From: Candidatus Omnitrophota bacterium
Lineage (GTDB): Bacteria; Omnitrophota; Gorgyraeia; Zapsychrales; JANLHA01
DNA length: 64,000 nt
NCBI GenBank assembly: GCA_022711395.1
Contig: JAKLFA010000003.1
Span: 162,509 to 226,508 of the forward strand
Direction: 5' to 3'
The notes below the pieces were generated by a model. The model was given only the letters and a program-made list of their open reading frames with translations. It made no database searches and was not told the DNA's origin. The position numbers were made by a program, and so were the translations under genes. Below, piece by piece: positions 29,261-38,461 of this stretch. Each line of letters starts with the position of its first letter. Position 1 is the first letter of the stretch.

Positions 29261-30979
29261 TTAGAACCAGATTGTGGCCTGGGCCCAAACCCGGCCGCTT
29301 TCATCCTGATTATCAGAATTGTTGTCGAACGCGTCCCGTCCGGGATTCTTTCCCAGCGCGTGAGCATACGAGAACTGCAGGCGATACGATCCCTGCTTTT
29401 CAAAATTCACACCGGCGCCCACGCCGGACAGCCAATAGTGGTTCCGGCCCGAAATATTCGTCACGGAATTGGACCACGTCCCTTCATGGAGCCTCACCTG
29501 GCCGGCATCAACAAAACCCACCAGCTGTGTCTTGAACGCGGTCTTTAAAGGCAGATCGTAGCGGTTTTCAAACGTCAGGATATGGCCCGTGTCACCGGAA
29601 GCCTCTCCGATCGGATACGCGCGCACGCCCGTGGGCCCTCCCAGAATGATTTTTTGTGATGAATCAAGATTTCCGTCGGCGAACTGCCCCCTGGCAGAAA
29701 AGAAGAGCGACGTGTTTTTCGTCGCCCGCTGCAGGCGCGCCAGGGCATACGTTGCCCGTGAAAAATTTCCGCTCACGCGCGCCCCTGAATCATCCCCAGA
29801 GCTCCCATCCGTGATATTCACGCTTCCGGCGTAAAACGACATCAGAGCGCTGGTCAGCCCCCCTCGGAAAAACTCATCATAAAAATTCCCCGTTAAATTC
29901 AGGTTCGCGGCGGAAACGCTGCGGTCACTGGTCACGTCTCCGGCGGATTTGTCTTCCAGCAAATACTGCTCATATCCTGATCCGATCCAGACGCTGGCCC
30001 TTCGTGTCCGCTTGACCGGATACTTAAGGTTCGTCCCGAAGGTGTGAGCGGAACCCTTGGCCTGCAGGTCTTTTAGCTTTCCGCCTAGCTCATAACGCAG
30101 CCCATTATACGAAAAATCCGCGATCGCGCCACGGGACCCGACAGGAAGCGAAAGATCCGCCCGGCCCTGATTCAGATCATCGGCGTTGATGTAGGTCATC
30201 CTCAAAAGATCGCCTTTTCCTAACGAATCAATAAGGGCCACCTGCCCGGTCCGGCGGAATCTGCCGGTATACCGGTTGCCGAAATTGTCGCCTGACACCG
30301 TTGCGGCGACCCACCGCCCTTCCTTGGAAAGCAGCGATAGGCGCGACGTCCCGGGGACCTCTCCTTTATCCAGATAAGCCCTGGCTGAGACGCCGGGAAG
30401 GTCGTTCATCAATAAGACCGCCCGCTCCACATCCTTGAGCATCACGGTCTCGCCTTCGGCAATAGACTGCCTCGCGATCCGTTCAAGAAACGTTTTGTTG
30501 ATCCGGTGATCGCCATCGATCGAAACGCCGACCTTGCCATCCAGGCGCCCCACGCTGACCGCGATGATAACATTTCCTTCGGTCACGTCCTGCTGAGGAA
30601 GATACGCCCGCGCCAGAAGATAGCCTTTCGTTTCTCTTAAATATAGGGTGATCTTCTGCGCCAAGCGCTGCAGGTCAGCGAACGAAACCTCATTCCCCAC
30701 GCAGGGCGCAGCTATCTTCTCAAGCTCTTTCAGGGAAACGACCTTTTCATAGCCTGTAAATTCGAAACTTTTAACGCGGACTTTGATCCCGGGATCGGCG
30801 GTCATCTCCGGGGGAGCTTCGATCTCAGCGGACGAAGACGCCGGCGGTGTTCTTTGAAGATCGACCTGTTCCTGCTGGCGTAATATCGATCCGGAATCCG
30901 GAGGGGCGGCCAAAACAGGAAAACAAAAACTAAAAAGAGAAATTAAAACGGAACAGAGAAGGAGATTTTTTATTTTCAT
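29261..30979 (-). CDS. Two-partner-secretion outer-membrane transporter TpsB (ShlB/FhaC/HecB family, POTRA + Omp85-like barrel).
   Basis: Signal peptide, POTRA-like N-terminal region, and a C-terminal barrel with conserved motif (RAYPIGEASGDTG...). 572 aa. Immediately upstream of tpsA. Confidence 0.85.
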   Translation of the reverse strand: MKIKNLLLCSVLISLFSFCFPVLAAPPDSGSILRQQEQVDLQRTPPASSSAEIEAPPEMTADPGIKVRVKSFEFTGYEKVVSLKELEKIAAPCVGNEVSFADLQRLAQKITLYLRETKGYLLARAYLPQQDVTEGNVIIAVSVGRLDGKVGVSIDGDHRINKTFLERIARQSIAEGETVMLKDVERAVLLMNDLPGVSARAYLDKGEVPGTSRLSLLSKEGRWVAATVSGDNFGNRYTGRFRRTGQVALIDSLGKGDLLRMTYINADDLNQGRADLSLPVGSRGAIADFSYNGLRYELGGKLKDLQAKGSAHTFGTNLKYPVKRTRRASVWIGSGYEQYLLEDKSAGDVTSDRSVSAANLNLTGNFYDEFFRGGLTSALMSFYAGSVNITDGSSGDDSGARVSGNFSRATYALARLQRATKNTSLFFSARGQFADGNLDSSQKIILGGPTGVRAYPIGEASGDTGHILTFENRYDLPLKTAFKTQLVGFVDAGQVRLHEGTWSNSVTNISGRNHYWLSGVGAGVNFEKQGSYRLQFSYAHALGKNPGRDAFDNNSDNQDESGRVWAQATIWF

Positions 30980-31231
30980 GATTAAATTTTATATAACATA
31001 TTATTTTTAAACAATATAAATATAAAAAATTTAATCGGGCCGCCTCAAGAAAGCCGGCGTTCTCAAATATAAGACGGTCGCCGGCTCGCCTGCGGCGTCT
31101 TGCCAGCCCAAAGGGCTGCTCCAACCGGATTTCGCTCGCAAAGCTCGCGGAATCATTGCCATTCAAAATAAATAGTGGAAGCAATGCTTGGAACCGGATC
31201 CGCTTTCAGCGGATTGCCGGTTCCAAGTGTT

Positions 31232-31290
31232 GGGGCTACCAGTCACAAAAAAACCCGCATCTTTCGATGCGGGTTGTGACTGGTAGCCCC
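31232..31290 (-). terminator. Extended hairpin plus terminator after tRNA-Glu. The inner stem (CCCGCATC-GAAA-GATGCGGG) is followed by a T-run. The 17-bp outer stem pairs the tRNA 3' end (GGGGCTACCAGTCACAA) with an inverted copy.
   Basis: Perfect nested inverted repeats read directly from the sequence. The T7 run follows the inner stem on the minus strand. Confidence 0.55.
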
Positions 31291-31358
31291 AACCGGATTT
31301 GAACCGGTGTTTAAAGACTGAGAATCTTCCGTCCTGGACCAGGCTAGACGATGGGGCC
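31281..31358 (-). tRNA. tRNA-Glu (anticodon CUC), CCA-encoded.
   Basis: Manual cloverleaf. Acceptor GGCCCCA/TGGGGCT; D-arm TCGTCTAG...GGAC, typical of tRNA-Glu; anticodon stem GAAGA/TCTTT; loop TTCTCAG; T-arm ACCGG-TTCAAAT-CCGGT. Confidence 0.8.
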
Positions 31359-31636
31359 AAAACCTAAAAAATGTATATTAAAAAATTCCAATAAACAAAT
31401 TACAAAACCCAAACAATCCCAAACATCAAATTGCAATAAACACTGGCTTAAGGTTTGTTTGCTGTGTATTGTTCATTGTTTGTGATTTGTTGCTTGTATA
31501 TTGTGATTTTCCTGAGTCTGTGTCCAACAAATTTATGATAAATCTTACCATATTTCCCTTTTTGGTCAATAAAAATATCCGGACCAATTTTTACGGAAAA
31601 GGCGCCCATGCCAACCCTTTTTTATGATATATTCTT

Positions 31637-31650
31637 TATGAATATTCATA
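31637..31650 (+). promoter_or_regulatory. Perfect 14-bp palindrome TATGAATATTCATA. It lies 19 bp upstream of the FIST gene start, overlapping the likely -10 region. Candidate operator for a dimeric regulator.
   Basis: Exact self-complementarity and position relative to the AAGGA RBS and the ATG at 31669. Confidence 0.35.
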
Positions 31651-31668
31651 TAATTGAAGGATATCCAT

Positions 31669-32859
31669 ATGGCCCTTTCCGTGGGGATCGGTTTCAATAA
31701 TGACAAGAACTCAAATCTGGCGGCCGCAGCCGCGATCGAGCAGGCAAAACGCAAGATCCATGTCAACCGCATCGACCTGATCCTGGTTTTGGCTACCCCC
31801 CATTATTCACCGGAAAACATCATACAGGCGATCGGAGACCGCCTTGATTCTCCGCGGGTCATCGGTTGCTCGACCGAAGCTATCATCATTGATCGTGTGA
31901 TCCATAAACGGGGTGTCGCGGTCGCGCTGTTCCACTCCAATCAAATGAAATTTGAGACCGGCTCGGTCCAGCATTTGAACCTGCAGAACCCCCAGCAAGC
32001 TGCCGCATCCCTGATCCATTCCTGCAAATCGGAGTACGGAGAAAAGGAGCGCCGTCTGTTCTTCGTGTTCACGGAAGGCGCCCCCAACAACATCCCGGCC
32101 ATCCATCATCACCTGCGCAAAGAGCTCAAAAACGAACCGGAAATGCCGATCCTGGGGTCTTCCGCCACCAATATGGTCGCTCCTGACAGTTCCTTTCTTT
32201 TTCATAACAATGAAACGGTCAAAAAAGCCGCCACGGTTTTTGTCCTTGGCGGGAAAGCGACCGTCAAGACGGTCACCCGGCACGGCTGGCATCCCATCGG
32301 CCGCCCGAGATTTGTGGATAAGAGCAGCCATCACATCATCCATTCGATCGATGGTCGTCCGGCGATTGAACTCTACAAAACATTTTTTCCCGAGCAATAT
32401 CATTTATTAAAAGACCCTTCTTCTTCGCTGAACCTTTATTATCCTTTGGGCATCGCCAGCGGGAAGCGGGGCACCTTCTTTATCCGAAATATCATAGATG
32501 TCCTTGACGACGGCAGTATCGTCTGCAATGATAATGTGGATTCCGGTTCCCAGGTCCATATCATGCTGGGCAACAAAGATTCCTGCCTGCAGGTCACCAA
32601 AGAAGCCATCCAAGAGTTCAAAGGCTTTTTTTCTGACCAGCCAACAGGCCTGGCCCTGGTCATCGTGTCCGAAAAGCATCACCGGATCCTGGGGCGTTCC
32701 TTTGAACGGGAGCTCGCTTTTGTCAAACGCGCCGCTGGAGAAAATATCCCTGTTTTTGGATTTGTCAGTTACGGAGAGATTTTTGACACGGGAGACGCTT
32801 GCCAGCAGACTCTCAATTCAAGACAAAACAATAATTTAACCTTAATCGGGATAAAATAA
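31669..32859 (+). CDS. FIST-domain sensory protein (FIST_N + FIST_C).
   Basis: Typical FIST N-terminus (MALSVGIGF...) and conserved architecture. Probable start is the ATG at 31669 with an AAGGA RBS; the ORF-track start at 31654 is upstream. First gene of a three-gene signalling operon. Confidence 0.7.
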   Translation: MALSVGIGFNNDKNSNLAAAAAIEQAKRKIHVNRIDLILVLATPHYSPENIIQAIGDRLDSPRVIGCSTEAIIIDRVIHKRGVAVALFHSNQMKFETGSVQHLNLQNPQQAAASLIHSCKSEYGEKERRLFFVFTEGAPNNIPAIHHHLRKELKNEPEMPILGSSATNMVAPDSSFLFHNNETVKKAATVFVLGGKATVKTVTRHGWHPIGRPRFVDKSSHHIIHSIDGRPAIELYKTFFPEQYHLLKDPSSSLNLYYPLGIASGKRGTFFIRNIIDVLDDGSIVCNDNVDSGSQVHIMLGNKDSCLQVTKEAIQEFKGFFSDQPTGLALVIVSEKHHRILGRSFERELAFVKRAAGENIPVFGFVSYGEIFDTGDACQQTLNSRQNNNLTLIGIK

Positions 32860-32867
32860 AATTACCT

Positions 32868-34343
32868 ATGTTGTGGGCCGTTCTGATAACCCTTTTTCTC
32901 TGCCTGATCGCCGGAGGGGCGTTTGTCGCCATTCATCAAAGAAGTAAGATCAACGCCCTTTCTGAGGCGGTCCAGCGGTTCAAGGATTCCTTTGATGAGA
33001 TCGATGAACAGGCCAAGCTGATCATCAAGACCGACCTTGAGCTTAACCGCACCCAGGAGGAACTGGATAAGCGCCTCAAAGGGCTCGACGCTCTTCAGGC
33101 GATCTCACGGCTGGTCAGCACGACTTTGGATGAACATGAGATCTTTGAGCTTCTGGGCGAGCCCCTTGTCGCTGACATGGGCCTGGAACAATATTATTTC
33201 CTGATCCTGAACAGCGAAGGCTCCCTGAATTGCGCCGCCCATCTGGGTTCCACGGCAGAGGAAGCGAAGCGCATCCTCTCTTTGGTCGGAAACAACCTAA
33301 CGCTCATTGACCAGCTCAAAAGCCGGCAGACCATTTCGTCCATTAATGCCACGGATGAAGAGCGCTCTTTTTTCACAAGACACTTAAAAACACGGCATTT
33401 TATCATCACACCGATCATGGCCAAGAACACCATGCTGGGCATTCTGATCGCCACCAGCCATTCGACGACATACGCCGTTTCGGAAGGGGATGAAGAGATC
33501 TCATCGATCCTGGCGGACCAGATCGGCCAGGCCATCCAGAACGCCAGGCTGTTCGAGGAGGTCTATCACTCACGCCAAAAACTGGAGATCATGGTGCAGG
33601 AGCGCACCCGGCAGCTCCAGGAAGCCCTTTCCAACGTCCAGCAGGTCAGTAAAATGAAATCCGAATTTATTTCCGCGGTCTCGCACGAGCTGCGCACCCC
33701 CCTGACCTCGATCAAAGGGTACGCTTCGCTGTTAAGTTCCGGTAAACTGGGCGATATTCCTGACACCGTGCGCCAGCGCCTGGAAAAGATCAATCATCAT
33801 TCCGACAGCCTGGTGCAGCTGATCAACAATCTGCTGGATATTTCCCGTATTGAATCCGGAAAGACCAGCATGAACCGTAAGAAAATGCCGATCGTTCCGG
33901 TCATTGAGAACGTCCAGGACCTTCTCATGCCGCAGCTTAAAGACAAGAACGTCCAGCTTATCATCCAGATCCGTCAGCCCCTTCCGGAGCTTCTGATCGA
34001 CCAAAGCCAGATCGAACGCGTCTTTATCAATCTGGTCGGCAATGCCATCAAATTCACCCCTTCCCAGGGAACGATCACCGTCAGCGGAGAACCCAGGGAA
34101 AGTGACGCGCTCTTTAAGGTCACGGACACCGGGATCGGCCTCAAAGAAGACGAACGCCGCAAGCTGTTCAATGAATTTTACCGTGTCGACAATGAGATCA
34201 ACCAGAACGTGAAAGGCTCAGGCCTCGGCCTTTCCCTGGCGAGGAAGATCATTGAGGCGCATAACGGCCAGATCTGGGTCGAAAGCGTTTACAAAAAAGG
34301 TTCCACCTTCGCCTTCACGATCCCGCTTGATGATCAAAAATAA
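32868..34343 (+). CDS. Sensor histidine kinase with an N-terminal TM helix, coiled coil, GAF domain, HisKA and HATPase_c.
   Basis: H-box (SHELRTPLTSIKGY), N box (NLVGNAIKF), G1 (DTGIGL) and G2 (GSGLGLSLA). A GAF-like region lies between the coiled coil and HisKA. Confidence 0.85.
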   Translation: MLWAVLITLFLCLIAGGAFVAIHQRSKINALSEAVQRFKDSFDEIDEQAKLIIKTDLELNRTQEELDKRLKGLDALQAISRLVSTTLDEHEIFELLGEPLVADMGLEQYYFLILNSEGSLNCAAHLGSTAEEAKRILSLVGNNLTLIDQLKSRQTISSINATDEERSFFTRHLKTRHFIITPIMAKNTMLGILIATSHSTTYAVSEGDEEISSILADQIGQAIQNARLFEEVYHSRQKLEIMVQERTRQLQEALSNVQQVSKMKSEFISAVSHELRTPLTSIKGYASLLSSGKLGDIPDTVRQRLEKINHHSDSLVQLINNLLDISRIESGKTSMNRKKMPIVPVIENVQDLLMPQLKDKNVQLIIQIRQPLPELLIDQSQIERVFINLVGNAIKFTPSQGTITVSGEPRESDALFKVTDTGIGLKEDERRKLFNEFYRVDNEINQNVKGSGLGLSLARKIIEAHNGQIWVESVYKKGSTFAFTIPLDDQK

Positions 34344-34354
34344 AGGAGTTTGGA

Positions 34355-35287
34355 ATGCCGAAAGAACGCATTTTAACGATCGACGATGACCCGGATATCC
34401 TGGACGTCCTCGATCTGACCTTATCCGAACACTACGATGTCCTGCAGGCCCCTAACGGAAAAGAAGGACTGTCGATCCTGCAAAGCAAGACCCCCAATCT
34501 GGTGATCTGCGACTACATGATGCCAGTCATGAACGGTAAAGATTTCTGCAAAGCGGTCAAAAAAGATGTCCTGTTGCGCCACATCCCGATCATCATGCTC
34601 ACCGGCAAAGGCGAGGTCCATGACATGATCGGGGGGATCGAAGCGGGTGCGGACGATTATATCGTTAAGCCCTTCGAACCCGAAGCCCTGCTGGCGCGGA
34701 TCCGAATGATCTTGCGCCGCACCGAACAGAGCCTGGACGCCAACCCGTTGACCCATCTTCCCGGAAACACCTCCATTACCGAAAAACTGCAGGAATGCAT
34801 TGACAGCAAATCGCCTTTTGCCGTCGGGTATGCCGACCTTGATAAATTCAAGATCTACAATGACAAATACGGGTTCGAAAAAGGCGATGAGGTGATCCGT
34901 GAGACGGCACGCATCCTGATCAAGAACGTCCGGCAGCTCGCCGGAGAGGACGCGTTTATCGGGCACATCGGAGGCGATGATTTTGTTTTTATCACCAAAG
35001 ACAGCGTCATCGATGACGTCTGCCGGGCCATCATCCATGAGTTCGACACCAACAGCCCGATGTTCTATTCGCAAGAGGACCGCGAAGCAAAATTCATCAT
35101 CGGAAAGGACCGGCTCGGCAACGAGACCCGCGCCGGACTTCTGTCCATCTCGATCGGGATCGTCAGCAACGCTCACACCGAGATCTCCCATATCGCTCAA
35201 GTGAGCGAAATAGGGGCAGACCTCAAGAAATATGCCAAGACATTTGATAGAAGTGTTTTTGTGAGGGACAAGCGTAAAGCGCTATAG
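34355..35287 (+). CDS. Response regulator with REC domain fused to a GGDEF-type diguanylate cyclase domain bearing a non-canonical GGDDF motif.
   Basis: REC motifs (DDD...D53...K). GGDEF domain start (LTHLPGN) and the active-site pentapeptide read as GGDDF (nt 34970-34984). Confidence 0.8.
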   Translation: MPKERILTIDDDPDILDVLDLTLSEHYDVLQAPNGKEGLSILQSKTPNLVICDYMMPVMNGKDFCKAVKKDVLLRHIPIIMLTGKGEVHDMIGGIEAGADDYIVKPFEPEALLARIRMILRRTEQSLDANPLTHLPGNTSITEKLQECIDSKSPFAVGYADLDKFKIYNDKYGFEKGDEVIRETARILIKNVRQLAGEDAFIGHIGGDDFVFITKDSVIDDVCRAIIHEFDTNSPMFYSQEDREAKFIIGKDRLGNETRAGLLSISIGIVSNAHTEISHIAQVSEIGADLKKYAKTFDRSVFVRDKRKAL

Positions 35288-35292
35288 CACGA

Positions 35293-35538
35293 TCACGGAA
35301 AAGGCCCTTTGGAACCAAAGGTGACCCCATTATACGCCGCCGGCAACCCATAGGTTTCTTTCAGAGTGTAATTCATATATTCATCTGAGAGGTTCTTGGC
35401 TTTGATCAAAAAGCCTTTTTTAGGATGGAATGCCAACAGGACCACAAGCACGACCGTGGTCAACAGGATCATATACTCAAACGCGGCTTGCGCTTCTCTT
35501 CCGGATAAGGAATATTTTTGAAATACCCCAAAACGCAT
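35293..35538 (-). CDS. Small Flp/class-III-signal-peptide pilin-like protein (81 aa).
   Basis: N-terminus SGREAQAAFEYMILLTTVVLVVLLAF resembles the G-x4-EY-x-L(I) prepilin motif of Flp/archaeal-type pilins, followed by a single hydrophobic helix. Confidence 0.4.
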   Translation of the reverse strand: MRFGVFQKYSLSGREAQAAFEYMILLTTVVLVVLLAFHPKKGFLIKAKNLSDEYMNYTLKETYGLPAAYNGVTFGSKGPFP

Positions 35539-35627
35539 AGCAGAAACTCCTCTTTCTTTAAGTATATCATCCCCTGCTTAAGCCGCAACCGGTTTTGTGT
35601 GTTCTTCTTATGTAATAATTAAAGATC

Positions 35628-36341
35628 TCAGGACAGCCCCAATGATTTCATTTCCCGCACAAGTTCTTTGGGATCGTGGGCCCCAAAAAAATAACTGGCC
35701 GTTGCCAGGATATTGGCCCCCGCCTTAACCGCCTGCGGGGCGGTAAGGCCATTGATCCCGCCGTCGACAGAAATGTCACCGGAGAACGTTCTGGAGAGTT
35801 TTTCGATCTTTGACAGCGCCACAGGCATGAATTGCTGGTGGGCGAAACCGGGGTTCACGGACATGACCAGGACCCCGTCCAATTCCGCGGCCAAAGGCCC
35901 CAGCTCAACAGGTGTGCCCGGATTAAAGACCAAAAATGCTTTTTTTCCTGAATTCTTGATGGCCTCAATATCCGGACGCAGGGCGTCATACTCGATTCGG
36001 TCCACTTCCTTGGGAAAATCGCCGTAACTGGCGCACTGAGGACGGCGGCGGCCATAGCATTCGGCGTGGACCATGATCGCGTCCGCTCCGGCTTTAGCGA
36101 ATTCTTCAATATGATCAGAAGGATGGTCAACCATAAGGTGCGCATCGATCGGGAGTTTGGTCAGAGGCCTGATCGCTTTAACGATCAACGGGCCGACCGT
36201 GATCGGAGCGACAAAATGGCCGTCCATCACATCCACGTGAATACGGTCGGCGCCGCTCGATTCGATCTTTTTGATCTCTTCGGATAGACGGGAAAAATCT
36301 GAACACAAGATACTAACGCTGATCTGGATGGGTTTAGTCAT
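35628..36341 (-). CDS. rpe: Ribulose-phosphate 3-epimerase.
   Basis: Conserved RPE motifs (HVDVMDGHFVP-like HVDVMDGHFVAPIT, DAHLMV, GGIN). Probable start is MTKPIQ (ATG at 36341); the ORF-track TTG at 36410 is an upstream extension. Confidence 0.85.
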   Translation of the reverse strand: MTKPIQISVSILCSDFSRLSEEIKKIESSGADRIHVDVMDGHFVAPITVGPLIVKAIRPLTKLPIDAHLMVDHPSDHIEEFAKAGADAIMVHAECYGRRRPQCASYGDFPKEVDRIEYDALRPDIEAIKNSGKKAFLVFNPGTPVELGPLAAELDGVLVMSVNPGFAHQQFMPVALSKIEKLSRTFSGDISVDGGINGLTAPQAVKAGANILATASYFFGAHDPKELVREMKSLGLS

Positions 36342-36351
36342 AATTTTAAAT

Positions 36352-36490
36352 GACACGGACACATGGCACAGGAAAAAACAAAAAATCAAGATAAACCAAA
36401 ATCTAAACAAAAAAGTTGTTTTTTAATTTCTCTGTTTTTTTGATCTTGATTTTGACTCTCGAATTTCTCCTTGTGTCCTGTGTCGTGTGT
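36352..36490. repeat. Nested imperfect inverted repeats forming a large (about 140 nt) potential stem-loop between tRNA-Leu and rpe. Outer arms are GACACGGACACATGGCACAGG / CCTTGTGTCCTGTGTCGTGTGTC. Inner arms are AAAATCAAGAT / ATCTTGATTTT.
   Basis: Direct reading of complementary arms. The inner 11-bp arms are perfect; the outer arms are about 75% complementary. Confidence 0.4.
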
Positions 36491-36503
36491 CTTTTTTAAT
36501 TAA

Positions 36504-36720
<217 letters not shown>

Positions 36721-36783
36721 CCGCGTAAAATACCAGAAACTCCCCTTGCTGTCAATACGCTTTCCTTTACGCTCTACGCTGTC

Positions 36784-38385
36784 TTAACTGCCCAAAGCTG
36801 CCTTGATAAAATCCCTGAACAATGGATGAGCCTTATCCGGTTTGGATTTGAACTCCGGATGGAACTGACAAGCCACAAACCAGGGATGATCTTTGATCTC
36901 AAAGATCTCAACCAGGTCCTTTTGAGGGTTCTCTCCCGCGATCACGGCCCCTTGTTTCTCCATGGCCTTGCGGTATTTGGGGTTAAATTCGTAGCGATGA
37001 CGATGCCGTTCGCTGATCGTTTCTTTCTTGTAAGCCTGAAACGCATTTGAATCCTTGATGATCCGGCACTGATACGCACCGAGGCGCATGGTCGCCCCCA
37101 TATCCTTCACGGCTTTTTGTTCCTCCAGAAGGCTGATGACCGGAAATTCGGTCTTGGGATCAAATTCAGTGGAATTGGCGTTCTTCATGCCGCAGACATT
37201 GCGGGCGAACTCGATCGTCGCCAGCTGCATCCCCAGGCAGATCCCGAAGAACGGGACCTTGTTCTCCCGGGCGAAACGGATCGCCGCGATCTTGCCTTCG
37301 ATCCCCCGGTTGCCGAAGCCTCCGGGGATCAAGATGCCTTTGGAATCGCCCAAGACCTTCGAAAGGTCTTTCGCCTCTTCCAATTCTTCAGAATCGATCT
37401 TGTTGATCACGACGCCGGCATCATTGGCGATGCCGCCGTGGGTCAACGCTTCATAGATCGATTTGTAGGCATCCGGCAACGTGATATATTTCCCGACAAC
37501 GGAAATCTTGACCTCCTGGGACGGGTGCTTGACGCGCTCCACAACATAATCGGCCCATTTTTCTAAACCTTTATCTTCCTTCTTTATGTTCAATTTTCGG
37601 AAAATGAGGTCATCCAGTCCCTGCTTTTTAAAACAGATCGGCACCTCATAAATGGTCTTCACATCGATCGCCTCAATGACCGCGTCACGGTCAACATTGC
37701 AGAAAAGGGAGATCTTTTCTTTCTGTTCCAGGGTAATGTGCTTTTCGGTGCGGCAAAGCAGGATGTCCGGCAGGATACCGATCTCGCGCAAACGTCCGAC
37801 GCTGTGCTGGGTCGGCTTTGTTTTATGCTCACCGGCCGCTTTGATATAAGGCAGAAGCGTCACATGGATGTTCAAAGCATATCCGTCCCCCAGCTCCCAG
37901 CGCATCTGCCGGATCGCCTCCAAAAACGGAAGGCTTTCAATGTCGCCCACCGTGCCGCCGATCTCAACGATCGTGACGTCGATATCCTTGTTCTTGGGGA
38001 CGGCCCTGATGGAATCCTTGATCTCGTTGGTGATATGCGGAATGATCTGGATCGTCTTGCCCAGATAATCACCCCGGCGCTCTTTGGTGATCACGGAATA
38101 ATAGATCTTACCCGTCGTGATATTGCTTTCCTTGGAGCAGACGCTGTTGGTGAACCTTTCATAATGCCCGAGGTCCAGGTCCGTCTCCGCCCCGTCATCG
38201 GTGACATACACTTCACCGTGCTGAAAAGGGCTCATCGTGCCGGGGTCAACGTTCAAATACGGATCGCATTTGATAAAAGCGACCTTGAGCCCCCGTTCTT
38301 CCAGCAGCTTGCCGATGGATGCCGCCGCCAATCCTTTTCCTAAACTTGAAACAACGCCGCCTGTCACAAAGATGTATTTGCTCAT
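36784..38385 (-). CDS. pyrG: CTP synthase.
   Basis: Highly conserved N-terminus ([18 protein letters not shown]) and the C-terminal GATase domain (GICLGMQ...H...E). Confidence 0.95.
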   Translation of the reverse strand: MSKYIFVTGGVVSSLGKGLAAASIGKLLEERGLKVAFIKCDPYLNVDPGTMSPFQHGEVYVTDDGAETDLDLGHYERFTNSVCSKESNITTGKIYYSVITKERRGDYLGKTIQIIPHITNEIKDSIRAVPKNKDIDVTIVEIGGTVGDIESLPFLEAIRQMRWELGDGYALNIHVTLLPYIKAAGEHKTKPTQHSVGRLREIGILPDILLCRTEKHITLEQKEKISLFCNVDRDAVIEAIDVKTIYEVPICFKKQGLDDLIFRKLNIKKEDKGLEKWADYVVERVKHPSQEVKISVVGKYITLPDAYKSIYEALTHGGIANDAGVVINKIDSEELEEAKDLSKVLGDSKGILIPGGFGNRGIEGKIAAIRFARENKVPFFGICLGMQLATIEFARNVCGMKNANSTEFDPKTEFPVISLLEEQKAVKDMGATMRLGAYQCRIIKDSNAFQAYKKETISERHRHRYEFNPKYRKAMEKQGAVIAGENPQKDLVEIFEIKDHPWFVACQFHPEFKSKPDKAHPLFRDFIKAALGS

Positions 38386-38461
38386 AGTAAAAACCCCGTT
38401 CGTTGTTCAGTGGTTTTTCTTGTCCTATGAATCCAGGCGGGCACTGCCGCCTGTCCAACGT

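Noticed and set aside
31361-31560. CA-rich then TG-rich low-complexity intergenic stretch considered as a small RNA or riboswitch.
   Set aside because: No recognisable conserved motif or terminator was found. It more likely represents the AT-rich promoter region of tRNA-Glu and the FIST operon.
30980-31653. Prophage or genomic island with an integrase next to tRNA-Glu.
   Set aside because: tRNA-derived repeats are present but no integrase, excisionase or transposase ORF exists in the window. Only a possible ancient scar is reported.
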